Made by a program: the position numbers and the translations under genes. A stretch of 64,000 bases of DNA from assembly GCF_009914755.1 (NCBI RefSeq), contig NC_060926.1. One strand, given 5' to 3'. The notes under the pieces were generated by a model that was not told the DNA's origin, did no database searches, and saw nothing but the letters and a program-made list of their open reading frames with translations. Shown here piece by piece: positions 1-11,160 of the stretch (its first letter is position 1; each line of letters starts with the position of its first letter). This DNA comes from the human T2T-CHM13v2.0 reference genome, Homo sapiens.

Positions 1-289
1 ACCATGTGCTAGTTACTTGCTTAGTTGATCATCTAATTAACATTCAGCATATTAGCCACTCAATTTTATAGTTGGGGAAAGTTGACAACTACTGACCATT
101 TCCAGACCTTTCCTCTCTTTGCAGGGACACAGAGGGAAGCTCGTCTAATAGGGTGCTATGCTTTTGTTCTTTCATGTCTGTCTTCCCAGAGTGGAACCCT
201 CATTCACCTTGAGTGTGCCCACTGCAAGGGAGAATTTTGGAATCAAGGGTTATGTTTTTAATATTTTTCGATGTAGCAATCCAGCTTTC

Positions 290-438
290 AAGTAATATAA
301 GTTAGTCCTCAAAGTCAGGTCATTTTAAAGCTATTTCTCTGACATGAGTAAGTCAAGGCTGAGCTAATCTGAAAATTTGCATGCTGATAACAATAAAACA
401 ATAAAAAAAAGTGCTTCTAGTGAATTAATGTCTTGAAC
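290..438 (-). pseudogene. Possible endogenous bornavirus-like L polymerase N-terminal relic
   Basis: VQDIN-9aa-LLLSACKF..HVR..D*LILL vs BoDV L VAGIN-9aa-LLGTEVSF..HVR..DYYLLF, with matching spacing given one 1-nt frameshift. Lies directly after the M-like region. Confidence 0.45.
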
Positions 439-454
439 CTACATAGAGAGCGAC

Positions 455-952
455 CTATAAAGGAGCCATTTTTTTTATTGCCTGAGGCTAATGTAATGGA
501 TATTGAAAATGCCTTACTACTCTGCCATGTAATCTACATGTCCCCAACTGATATTTCCGCTGGTCAGTATTCATATTAAATGTAAACTCAACTATAGTTG
601 GTGATTAGAAAGCCAACTAGCAGCAGTCATTGATTCAGGCAATGAGTCTAATGCCAATTGTACTTTTAGGTAAATGTTTTGATAGGACACTTCATCAGCA
701 GTAAGAATTCCTCCACTGGGATCTTTAAGTAAATACTTTGCTTCTAAGAATTGTAAAGGAATGGTTGCTTGGTCCCCAAAAGATCCTTTCTTAGGGCATG
801 ATTTATTATTTAATGGATTGTGGAAATATGCCATTTCTTGAAATGATAGTCAATGAGTACTATAAAAGATCTGAGGAGAACTATGTGCTTCATCTAATTA
901 AGCTATTTATTTGAGTTTATTATAAGACAAATGTATCTTCAGTTGATTCCAT
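455..952 (-). pseudogene. Endogenous bornavirus-like matrix (EBLM) relic
   Basis: ATG at 952 (MESTEDTFV vs BoDV M MNSKHSYV). ORF 592..834 has PLQFLEAKYLLKD-11aa-SYQNIYLKVQLAL vs PLQLPREKKLTD-11aa-SLVNIYFQIDDFL. After a frameshift, FNMNTDQRKYQL..FQYPL vs LRLNKDQSKHAI..FSYRL. Confidence 0.72.
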
Positions 953-953
953 T

Positions 954-1690
954 TTATGGAATACCAGGCAATGAAGATATTTTTAACTTCTTCCTGATCA
1001 TATATGATCCTCCACTGTAATTTCCCATGAATTATGTCAGATCAAGAGGTTACTTTAAAAAAAAAAAATAAAGATTCCAAAAAAGATGTTTCTTCTGGGG
1101 AAGTAGGTTCATTACATCTATTAGGACAGTACATGTATCAGTGCTTGAGAAGACAAAACCCTCTAAATGAGTGTTCAGGAGGTTTAGATGTGACTATGTC
1201 TTCCCCAAGAAACCTAGTTCATCTTGTTCCACCAAAATGCTCAGGTCCTAGAGCATCTTTATCATGGCCAGAGCGATCTTGCTCATCAATCATTAGTATT
1301 TCCCCTCCATTTAGATTTAGATTTAGATTCTCCATTTAGATTATCAGGCCCCTGATAAATAGCAAAGTAGGTACTGGGGGTAGGGAAGGGGGTAATTTTC
1401 AAGCAATAAGGGACAAAATTCTGCCATGACAATATAAGACTGGATACAACAGCCCAAGAACTACTACCATTTTCTGACTTAAAGGAGTTATGTGGTAGCT
1501 TGGCATAAGTATGATGAAATTGTCTTCTGTTGTCAAATATCGGACATACCATACAGGTTAGAATCTTGTTAACTATTCTCTCCTTTCTACTATAACCTAT
1601 AATATATAGAGCTACCATGTGTCCAGTTGAATTGGATACATTTAAATTTAAAAAATGTCTATAACACAAAGATCACATATCCCTTAATTG
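954..1690 (-). pseudogene. Endogenous bornavirus-like glycoprotein (EBLG) relic, C-terminal half, disrupted
   Basis: Minus-strand translation gives collinear matches to BoDV-1 G as I recall it: YSRKERIVNKILTCMVC vs YILQSEVVNKTLNGTILC; QFHHTYAKLPHNSFKS vs EFRRSYSLTNGSYQS; WQ..STYF..DNLNGGEILMIDEQDR..FLG......KP vs WQ..STYY..DYNGRKYFLNDEGR..FLG......KP; FFFKVTS*SDII/GNYSGGSYMI..SLP vs [26 protein letters not shown]..SLP. Contains stops, frameshifts and deletions. TAA at 956-954. Confidence 0.72.
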
Positions 1691-1734
1691 AGGCTCTTTA
1701 CTCCTTTATGCCACTGTGAGAACAATTCTGAACA

Positions 1735-1930
1735 AATAGTTAAGAGACAGATGTTCTAGACCTACCTCTGCCTCTCACATATTTACCGCATGAGCTCATA
1801 ACAGGAGCATCTATATCATTACAAAACAATGATTATGCACCACTTCTACTTTTTGCACTGAGCTTTTGCCAAGATCGAATGAGATAACCCAGGTGAAAGT
1901 GCTTTATAAACTCTAATGGCATTATGCTTT
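1735..1930 (+). mobile_element. MIR SINE fragment
   Basis: aatgagataacccaggtgaaagtgctttataaact resembles the MIR 3' core. Confidence 0.55.
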
Positions 1931-2903
1931 GAAAATGTGACATTATTTAGTGCCCTGGAGCAGCAAGGTACTAAATAATATCTTAGTGGCTTGAATTAAT
2001 ACAGCTGCCAAAAGAGCCTAATTTAGGAAATTGCTTAAATATGAAAAAAATAAAACAAAACCTCATTCCACATGCATTTTTCACTGACACAAGCTCTCTG
2101 TGCTCCAGGTTTCAGGAGGTATGTTAATACAGCCAAAGGAGGGAGGTGGTTGCCAGGGTAAATGGAGGTAAATGAGAGAACCAGAGTTTGCCCCTGAGAA
2201 TTTGGTTAAAGCAGTTAACCACTCACAACTGAGCCTCTTTCAGAACTTCTTCTTAACCGTCAACTAATGAGTCCCTTGCACTTCTTCGGTTGTGGCACTC
2301 TAACTTCAGGAGTACTCCTATCCAAACACTTTATTGAAAGAAACAAATAAGACAGAAATTAAAATGTCATCACGGGAGAATATCAGGGGATGGAATTCTA
2401 GAAGGAAGTGTACATGTAGGAGGGAGTTGGTGGGTGAAGATGGGAATATACTACAGAGGAGAGGAAGGGGGAGGATATGATAAAGGTGCTTGATTTGAAA
2501 AGTCTTTTTGTCCAATGCCATCATAACCAAATCACTCACCCACTAGAAGCACAACTAGAAAAGAGCATGAGTCATATGGCCTCCATTTTCCCTCTTGCAA
2601 ACAGAGTGCATCTTTAGGGTGGTGTGGATTTCTGGAGATAGAATTTTGAGGGGACAAAGGTACAAGTAAACGCAAACAGAATTACCAGTGTTGTGAGGAT
2701 TGTGAAAGCAAATGGGATAAGGAGTTTCGGGGGAGTTTTAGAAGAGAAGTCTTAGGGAGGATAGCATTTCCGTAATTTAAATATTTGAATACATGACTTG
2801 ATCATGTGCAGAATGATAGGGAAATATATTTCCAACACAGCATGTGGGAGATTTTTTTTCTAATAAATAGAGCTGTTCTCTGGAAGTGATATTACTTCTA
2901 GAT

Positions 2904-2964
2904 CAGTGTTTCTCAAACTCAGGTGCTAAAGCTGCCGGTCTGGGCCCATACTCTGGCAGTGAGG
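2904..2964. mobile_element. MER5-type hAT-Charlie MITE, internally deleted
   Basis: Starts cagtgtttctcaaact; MER5B-like end; flanked by ttctagat/gtctagat (nTCTAGAn 8-bp target). Confidence 0.6.
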
Positions 2965-3269
2965 GTCTAGATCGCCCTTGCTTCAGTTGTATGCCAGAAG
3001 ATCTGCTGTCAGGGGTGCTGGGTCAGGGATTGTTGCTCTAGATGGGAGGGTGGACAGAGAAGTGTGGGTGTTTCTTTCACCTCTAAACCACTCTAATACC
3101 TTGTACAGGGAGTGCACTTAGTGGTAGGATTCATGGTGTTTATTTTTCTGCCTCCCAATGTCCAGGGCACTGATGTGGACAGGATAAGGGCTGGTTTATC
3201 ATGTGCTAGTTTACCACTGCAGTTTCTGTATTAGTCAGGGGCCATTTGGCAATGAATCTTCTTCCTAAT

Positions 3270-3754
3270 TGTAGCAGACATCGCTATATGCCTACCACAT
3301 ATCCATTCTCTCTTTTTTTCCTTAGTAATATCACTGTCCAGCCTGGCAATATTCTCAGCTAAAAAGCAAAAATGTTGACTTTACAGACTCTCCTCCGGCT
3401 AGGAGAAGCCACATGGCATAGTTTTGGCCAATGAGATGTAAGCAGAAGCCATCTAGAACAGATCGTTTTTCTGATAAAAAGTCTGCATGCTCTTTTTGCT
3501 CTTCTCTTTTCCCCATCTTGCCTGGCATATGGGCATAATGTCTGGAGGCTCAGCAGTTCCTTTGTGATGATGAGGATGAGAGCTACATTCTAAGGATGAT
3601 AGGGATGCCAACTCGACTCCCTTGGGCCACTGTACAAGCCCTGATTAGTCTTCTGAACAACTTCTTGCTATGTAAGAACAATAAGCATCATACTTATTAA
3701 GCCGCTCTTTATTGGGTTTTGGCTACACGCTGCCAGACACAGTCCTGGCTGATA
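3270..3754 (+). mobile_element. MLT1 (J-like) MaLR solo LTR
   Basis: tgtagcaga start, ttggccaatgagatgtaagcagaag core, ttaagccgct...ctgata end. Confidence 0.75.
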
Positions 3755-6129
3755 TTCTAGTGATCATCATGCCTCAGGCAGGTAACCTCTTGTCACTTTA
3801 GTTTTAGGGAAAGACCATTTCTCATCAGCAAAGATGCTCCGTTGTATATGATGAACTTTTCTATTTTTGTTCCCATTGGACAACTTTTTCTTTCTTTCTT
3901 TTTTGAACTCTTATATAATTTTAAAAGTCTTGTTTTCCATGAACATTAAACGACCATTTTTACTTAGGTAGAACAATTTTTACTGCCCAGAGGTTAAAAT
4001 TAATGATACCCCAAAAAAGTATTCACCTTCCATGGTCTATATTGCTGGGTAAATAGCACAGTCACATTGTTCTTTTTTTTCTCCCAAAAAGATTCCATTT
4101 CTTAGCCTGTCCATTTCACTCTTCAAAATAATCACTGTCCACCTGCTGGATCCCTCTTTATCCTTGGCAACTCTGTTATGTCAATTATATAATAGTTTGG
4201 CCCTTTTTGGCTTTTGTTTCACTTTGTTTCTTTTCTCTCTCTGCAAAGCAGCCTGCAGAGCAATAAGATAGGGAACATGCCTGCTGGGCCTGATTTTCTT
4301 CTTGAAAATAGCTTTGACCAATGGTTAGTGATAAAAGAAGTTGGCTGTCTATAAAAGCCAAAAACCAGGTAAGTGGATTTAACCTCACATTGGCACAAAG
4401 GTGACTAATGGACAGAAAATGGAATCTGTATTTGCTTTGAACATAAACAGGGGCAGCAAGACATGGTAAAAACATCATTATACCTAGAGTGAGCTCACCA
4501 AGATTCCACACTGCTGATTCCAACTGCGAATCCTGCAATCTCTTAGCCTCTCTGGAACTCAGTTATAAAAGAGTGGTCTCCAAGGTTTCTTCCGGCTCAA
4601 ACATCCTGAGCTATTCTCATCCAATAATAAACATTTATTGTGTACCCATGATAGGCCAGCCACTGTCCTGGCAATGGAGATGTGGGGATGAACCATACAG
4701 AGAGAAGAAACCAAGGTTTGAGAGTGCAGAAATGAGAGAGAACAGAAGGAAGAACTGTCATGGGAAAAAATAATAGAGGGGGGAAATGGAAACAGTAACT
4801 AAAATGTGCCTGGCCATTTTAATGGCCAGGATCATTGCAGCCATCATTAATCTCACCATCCAGGGAACCTCCAAGTATTTTTGTCGACACCATTCATTCA
4901 ACACTTATCGGTCAGCTGTCTTAGGAAGTCTCTTTGGGGGCATTTTTCTTGTCTCTCAACTAGTTTGAAAGCACTTAGAGGCCAGGTACTTGTGTATGGC
5001 TGAATCAAAATACCTTTTGGTATCAAGTATAAAATAAACCAGGCAAGTGCTATGGATCTCCTCAAAAGGCTAGAGGCCTAGCGAGGAGTCATATTAATAT
5101 TTTTGGATTGAATTTAGCTCACTGGAGAAGGTAGGAAGGTAGATAGCAGTGTTAACTTCAGGCAGGCTAACCACTCATAATCAAGCACAAACTGGAAGTC
5201 ATATGCACCCCTTGAGGAGTGCTTAAATTATAGCAAAGAAAAAGGTCAGTGAATGGTTATGATAGAAAACAGTAGTTTTCTTTAATGAGTCCATGGTACC
5301 TGTTCATCACCACAGATCCCTGAAGGCTTACCTTTTAGTTACCTTGCCAGGAGGCATTCAAAATAGCATTTTTTTTTTGTTTTTTTTTTGTTTGTTTGTT
5401 TTTGTTTTTTTATTTTTTATTTTTTTTTGGTAAGCAAGGAAGGAAAATAGTCAAAAGGGGAAGGAAAGGAAAGAAAGAAGGTAGCATGATGTTCTGTAGA
5501 TATAGTTCAGCAGTCTCATAGTCTATCTGTATTTGGTATTTACATTCATAGTGCCCCTCCTTTTGTGCATCTCCAGAGGCCAGGAAGTCTTTTCGATATC
5601 CTCATCTCTGACAGTGCCTATCATAGAGCCGGGCACAAAGCAGATGCCTCTATGGACAGACCGAATTGACAGATAGATGGAACTGGTTCTTCTTCCCTGC
5701 TCCCCGATTCCAAGTGGGACCAATGATGTGTGGCAGAATATAGGAAAAAGGAGGATCTCGTCAGTATCTTGATATTTCTTGAGGCCTGCATACTAAAGAC
5801 AGAAGAATCAATATGACTCTTCTAGTCAAAACCACCTATTTGGCACTCGAGCACTGAGAATAAAAGACAAGGTCAGGGTTCCTGGTTCCAAGGACTTGGG
5901 CAAATTTATAACCTATTTGATTCACATAGATAATACCATCAGATACTTACCTTCATAGATTGTCAACAGCTACTGCCTGACCCAGAACTGTGCTAAGAGA
6001 AGCCATCTCTAAAATTGATTTTTTTTATTGACACTTGGTAATACAGGGTGCTCTTAGAACATGAGAGGGTAGAGGTGGCGCTTATCTTTGCATGTGACAC
6101 TCAAAGCTAGATATAAGTGGGGCTGCCTA

Positions 6130-6460
6130 ACTTCTAGTCTTCATGAAGGTAGGCTCTGTGGGGGCAGACACTATGTCCTTCTTGTTCATTCCTTATCTTT
6201 GTGAACTGGGGAAACGTCTATAGCCTTTTTGTGCCTTAGTTTTATCACCCAGAAAGTAAGGATACTATGAGTACCTATTCACAGGAGCGATGTGAAAATA
6301 AATTCAGTTAATGCTTACTTACAAAGTCCTTAGGACAGTGCGTGGCAAGGAGTAAGCCTTCAATAGTCATTAACCATTGCTTACTAGTATTTTAGGCTTG
6401 AAGAGTGTCTGGCATGTAATAGATATCAAAATATTTTTGCTAAATAAATGTATGAATGAG
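6130..6460 (+). mobile_element. L2 3' end interrupted by a MIR (about 6200-6380)
   Basis: L2 terminal motifs (ggcagacactatgtcc..., tggcatgtaatagat..taaatgtatgaatga) split by a MIR core. Confidence 0.6.
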
Positions 6461-6482
6461 TTCTACGTCAGTAGTATTCTAC

Positions 6483-6790
<308 letters not shown>

Positions 6791-7230
6791 ACTACTCTAC
6801 TTTTATGTTTAGCTTGTACATCCCTTAAATAATTTTTGAAAAAGTATGTATTTCCTTGTATATCTTTAAGTAGATATATAAAATGTTATATCTCAAGTCT
6901 AACCAGTTGCAAAGGATGCACTTTCTAGTATATTGAATATGTTAACATTGTAAAATAAAACTCTCACATCACTCTTTTGAAATATAACAAACGGAACAGA
7001 AATATCACTTCACCCATTAAAAAAAAACATGAAGAGGTTCTTTATAACATTTTCAAATATTACTTCATTCTTTTTCCTTTTTGCATTGGGGTTTCCATTC
7101 TATCCTATCACAGAAATTGATTCTAAAGCAATATATTTTTAGAATTGAACATTTTTATTGATTTTTTGACTCCATTACTGTAGGCTCACTAATGAAAAAA
7201 ACAAAACAAAACAAAAAAAACCTTTTTAGC

Positions 7231-7374
7231 CGCTGAGTATGATGGCTCACACCTGTAATCACCAGCACTTTGGGAGGCTGAGGCAGGAGTATTACTTGAG
7301 CTCAGGAGTTCAAGACCAGCCTGGGCAATATGGCAGGACCCTGTCTCTAAAATAAATAAAAAATAAATAAATAA
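7231..7374 (+). mobile_element. FLAM-type Alu left monomer
   Basis: Single monomer ggctcacacctgtaatc...ttgagctcaggagttcaagaccagcctgggcaa with A-rich tail. Confidence 0.85.
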
Positions 7375-7399
7375 TTCCTTCTATCCATCCATATCAAAT

Positions 7400-8330
7400 T
7401 GGATTGATATCATTATTAAAAATAAAGTGGCCATATGTGTTTAAGTGAATTTTAGGACTCTGGTTCTACTGAGCTTTTTGTCTACATTTATGCCGATGAT
7501 ACACTGTCTGATATGGTTTGGATCTGTATTCCCACCTAAACTCATGTTCAGTTGTAATCCCCAGTGTTGGAGGCGGAGCCTGGTGGGAGGTGATTGGATC
7601 ATGGGAGTGGATCCTTCATGAATGGGTTTAGCACCCCCCCTTTGGTGCTGTTCTCATGACAGAGTTCACATGAGATCTGATTGTTTAAAAGTGTGAGCAC
7701 CTGCCCCTCTTCCTCCTGCTCTGGCCATGTAAGATGTGCCTGCTTCCCCTTCACCTTGAGACATAACTGTAAGTTTCCTGAGGCCCCCCTAGAAGCAGAT
7801 GCCACTATGCTTCTAGAGTTTGTGGAACCATGAGCCCATTAAACCTCTTCTCTTTATAAGTTACTCAGTCTCAGGTATTTCTTTAGAGCAGTGTAAGAAT
7901 GGACTAATATGCTGTCTTAATTATTATAGCTTTTCACTAAGTTATGAAATCTGATGGAGTGAATCTTCCAACCTAATTTTTCTTCAACATAATCTTGACT
8001 CCTTTTTTCTTATATTTCCATATCAATTTAGAATCAGACTGTTAATTTGTACCAGAAACACAAGCTATTGTGATTTTGATTGGAATTATATTTAATCTGT
8101 CAGTAAATTTGGGGATAACTAACATCTTAATGAAATTGAATTTTCTTATCTTTTACCATCATATAGTTATCCATTTATTTACATCTTTAATTCCTTTTAG
8201 CAAAGTTTTGTAGTTTCTAATGTAGTGGTCTTAAACACCTCTCATTAAATTTATTCCTAATTTTCTTATTGTTTTGAAGGGATTGGAAGAGGTAGTGAAA
8301 CAAAATATTTAAACTGATACTTAATTTTTT
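7400..8330 (-). mobile_element. Old L1M ORF2 fragment interrupted by the MST LTR
   Basis: Antisense L1 motifs (atacactgtc|ttaattattatagcttt, gattttgattggaattatatttaatctgt, ttatccatttattta). Confidence 0.7.
7509..7911 (+). mobile_element. MST (A/B) MaLR solo LTR
   Basis: tgatatggtttggatctgt...ggactaatatg; perfect 5-bp TSD ctgtc at 7504-7508 and 7912-7916. Confidence 0.92.
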
Positions 8331-9872
8331 CTGGTGAACCATAAGTTTATATATGCTGAAAAGTTCATTGTGCATTGAGCTATTTCTATGATAAGTAACA
8401 CACAACTGATCAAAACTATTAACCATTTTGATGGATAATTATGACACACCGTATATTTTTTGAAAATACATAGTATAGAGAGATGGAGGTAGCTATTAGG
8501 GTACTTGGATTAAAATAATTGTCTAATTATCCCTTTTGGTAGTACTTAAGGGTTTTTTACACATCCGAGCAGTATACTTTAGTAAGATATAGAATAGGTG
8601 AGAATTGTGCCTTATTTTGTAAAATGGGAGAGTGGTAAGAGTGAAAGTGGAAAAGGAGAATTTCAACCACAGGAGCATCTTAGACTAATTTTAGGTCATA
8701 ATACTAACAGAGTTTGAGGATCTAGCAATTGTTTTATTAAAACTGTCCTGATAGGGTACTCTATGATTAGTCCCTGCATATGCTTAGGGAGTACATGTAA
8801 GTGGCCCTGCTTACAAACCACTTCTCTAGAACAGAAGTACAAGTGAATCAGAAGGGTGACGTTTGCAAATGTTTTATTTTTTTAATGAAGTTAAAGTTAA
8901 TCTACAATGATAGCATTTTGACTTACTTGCTTTCTGATAAGATTTCTCATGTCATGGAGATCTATGCAGAACCTGGAGTTTGTCGCTCTAAACCACTAAC
9001 TTGAATATGCTACTGTTAATGTTCTATTGATACTTGCTATTGATTATTATTAATTTGTGTTTATTATTATTAATTATTAAACGTATTATAGTGGGTTTTT
9101 TTTAAATAGATGATTTTCCAGAACCTGATTTTTACCCTGGGAATGGATGGTATACACGGATGTCATATGAACAAGGTCCTCACATTTTTTTCTCCCAGCT
9201 GGCCTTCATTGCCTCCAACCCCTTTATTTTGTTCTCCCATTAAGAGCTGTGTAATACCAATTTTTGTAGGCTACAAATTGGTTTTCTAGCAGATGGAACA
9301 TCAACCTGAAGAGGTAATGGATCTTTATTACTCAAACTAGGTCAAATATTCAGGCCTTCTCAGTAAATCATAAGAATTATCTGAGAGTCCTCATGAGGAA
9401 ATAGAAATGCATTTCTTAATAGTAATACGTGGTTAAAAATTAAACAACAACCATAACTTTACTTGTTCCTCACTTGGGCCACACCATTATATTAGTTTTT
9501 TTACTCAGCGTGGGTGCAAAATGGATTGTAGCTCACTGGGTTCTGAATATATAACAACAAAAACTGTCATTCTTGTTTCATAAAGTGAAGGTAATCCTAA
9601 GGAGTATGGTTAAAGTAAATGTTCACAAACTACATGTAGTTTCTTGAATGGCTTATTCTTATTTCTAAGACAACACATCAGTAGTTTGACTTCCATTTGG
9701 GTGACACATAGTACCAGTTCCCAAAAAAAGGACATTTTAAAAATCATGACATGACACGGTCACAACTAGAAAAATACAGCAGGATTAGTAGCTGTGATGA
9801 ATAGGGAGGTGCAAGGGATGGATTCTGGAGGCCAGGCCTGAACTCCATCTGTTGTTTATTATGTGTGTCACC

Positions 9873-10565
9873 TGTTGGGGAAATATAATTTAGAACAAAA
9901 TCTCCTCCTTCCCCCCAAAACCTCTCCATGAAGGTGGAAGAGAAAGAAAATGGTTTCATTGTTGTATAAGTACTAAACAAGAATATGATGTGCATCATAG
10001 ACCGCCTACTAAGAGATTGCAAAGACAAAAAGAAATCACACCTTTTTAAAAAGCCAAATAGATGCAACCCATCCCATACATGTTCTTAAGATAAACTATA
10101 ACTAGTCCTCTAGTAAGAGGACTTGACAGCACCATTTGTCACACACAGTTCAACCTGAATTCACTTGGTAATTAGGGTGACCATCTGTTTTAGCTAATTG
10201 ACTTTGTCTCAAAGAAAAACAAACTCTTATCTTTATGACATGAGGCAGTTTTGCAATTTGGAGAAAGGAACCTAAATGAAGTTAGGTTCCTACCCCTGCC
10301 ACAGAACTGGTTGATAAGGATGCTTTCTTCCTTGATAACATTTCAAAGAGATAGTTCCCAGGTCCTTGAGAAAGACACTCCTCCATTATAAGGCTGGCAA
10401 GAGGCTTATTTAACTTTGAAAAAGATTTACATACATTTCAAAGAGACTGAAAAATAATTTACAAGTTTTCTAAAGCAAGAAAAAGGATGAGGGAGAGGTC
10501 TCTTCTCTATTTTCAACAGAGAGAATTATTTACTTTTTCTTTTTTGATTTGTGCTTACCCTTACA
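9873..10565 (-). mobile_element. ERV1 solo LTR (MER39-like) inserted in a MIR
   Basis: TG..CA termini; 4-bp TSD cacc/catc; MIR halves at about 9795-9872 and 10566-10640. Confidence 0.75.
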
Positions 10566-10974
10566 CATCTTAGGAAGCCACTCAATCTTCTTGAATCTTT
10601 TTTCTCATCTGTGAAAGGGGAGTAATAACACTCTTAATTATTTCACATCACACAGGGCCTAAGAAAAGTAACTGTGCAAAACTCACTTGTCATTTTAGAT
10701 GCTGAAATTACTAGAAATGAGATATCTTTACTGGTTAATACATGAATCTAATATTTAAGTGGAAACTTAACGTTTTTAAAAGAGTCTCTCTCTACAAGGC
10801 CAAGAATCTTTTTGCAACAAAAATGTGTCAGCTCTACATTTATCGGTTGGAGTTGAACATTTACTCTCTCTGCACGTCTTACCCATAAGAACCAGTTTTC
10901 TGTAAATGTTGTGTATGAATTCTCTTGTTATCAATGTGTTCTTGTTCCATAGTAGTATTAACAATAAATGTTAG

Positions 10975-11160
10975 GAACTGGGCGTGGTGGTGCATGCCTG
11001 TAATCCCAGCTACTTGGGAGGCTGAGCCAGGAGGATTGCTTCAGTCCAGGAGTTTGAGGCTTAGGTTTGCTATATATCAGGCCTGTGAATTACCACTGCA
11101 CCATGGCATTCTAGCCTGGGCAACATAGCAAGACATCGTCTCAAAAAAAAAAAAAAAAAA
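10975..11160 (+). mobile_element. FAM (fossil Alu monomer, 7SL-derived)
   Basis: Monomer retaining the 7SL-like segment ctat..atcaggcctgtgaattaccactgca that dimeric Alus lack; poly-A tail. Confidence 0.8.

Noticed and set aside
1034-1339. 101-aa + strand ORF
   Set aside because: Antisense shadow in register with the minus-strand relic; no independent evidence.
592-1669. Alternative readings of the decayed ORF: Ty3/gypsy RNase H (RTL1-like), L2 RT, PCMTD1 pseudogene, foamy-virus Env
   Set aside because: Each gave a few isolated 3-5 aa coincidences with inconsistent spacing or order. The bornavirus G-M-L reading gave collinear motifs with conserved spacing across three adjacent proteins. The coincidences do show that by-eye matching needs a database check.
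6066-6082. CTCF-like motif agaggtggcgct (also cagcagatggtg near 28955)
   Set aside because: Only a partial match; cannot be supported without a PWM scan or ChIP data.
10103-10291. Two short perfect hairpins (agtcctct/agaggact; aggaacctaa/ttaggttcct)
   Set aside because: They lie inside an LTR, are short, and have no supporting evidence of function.
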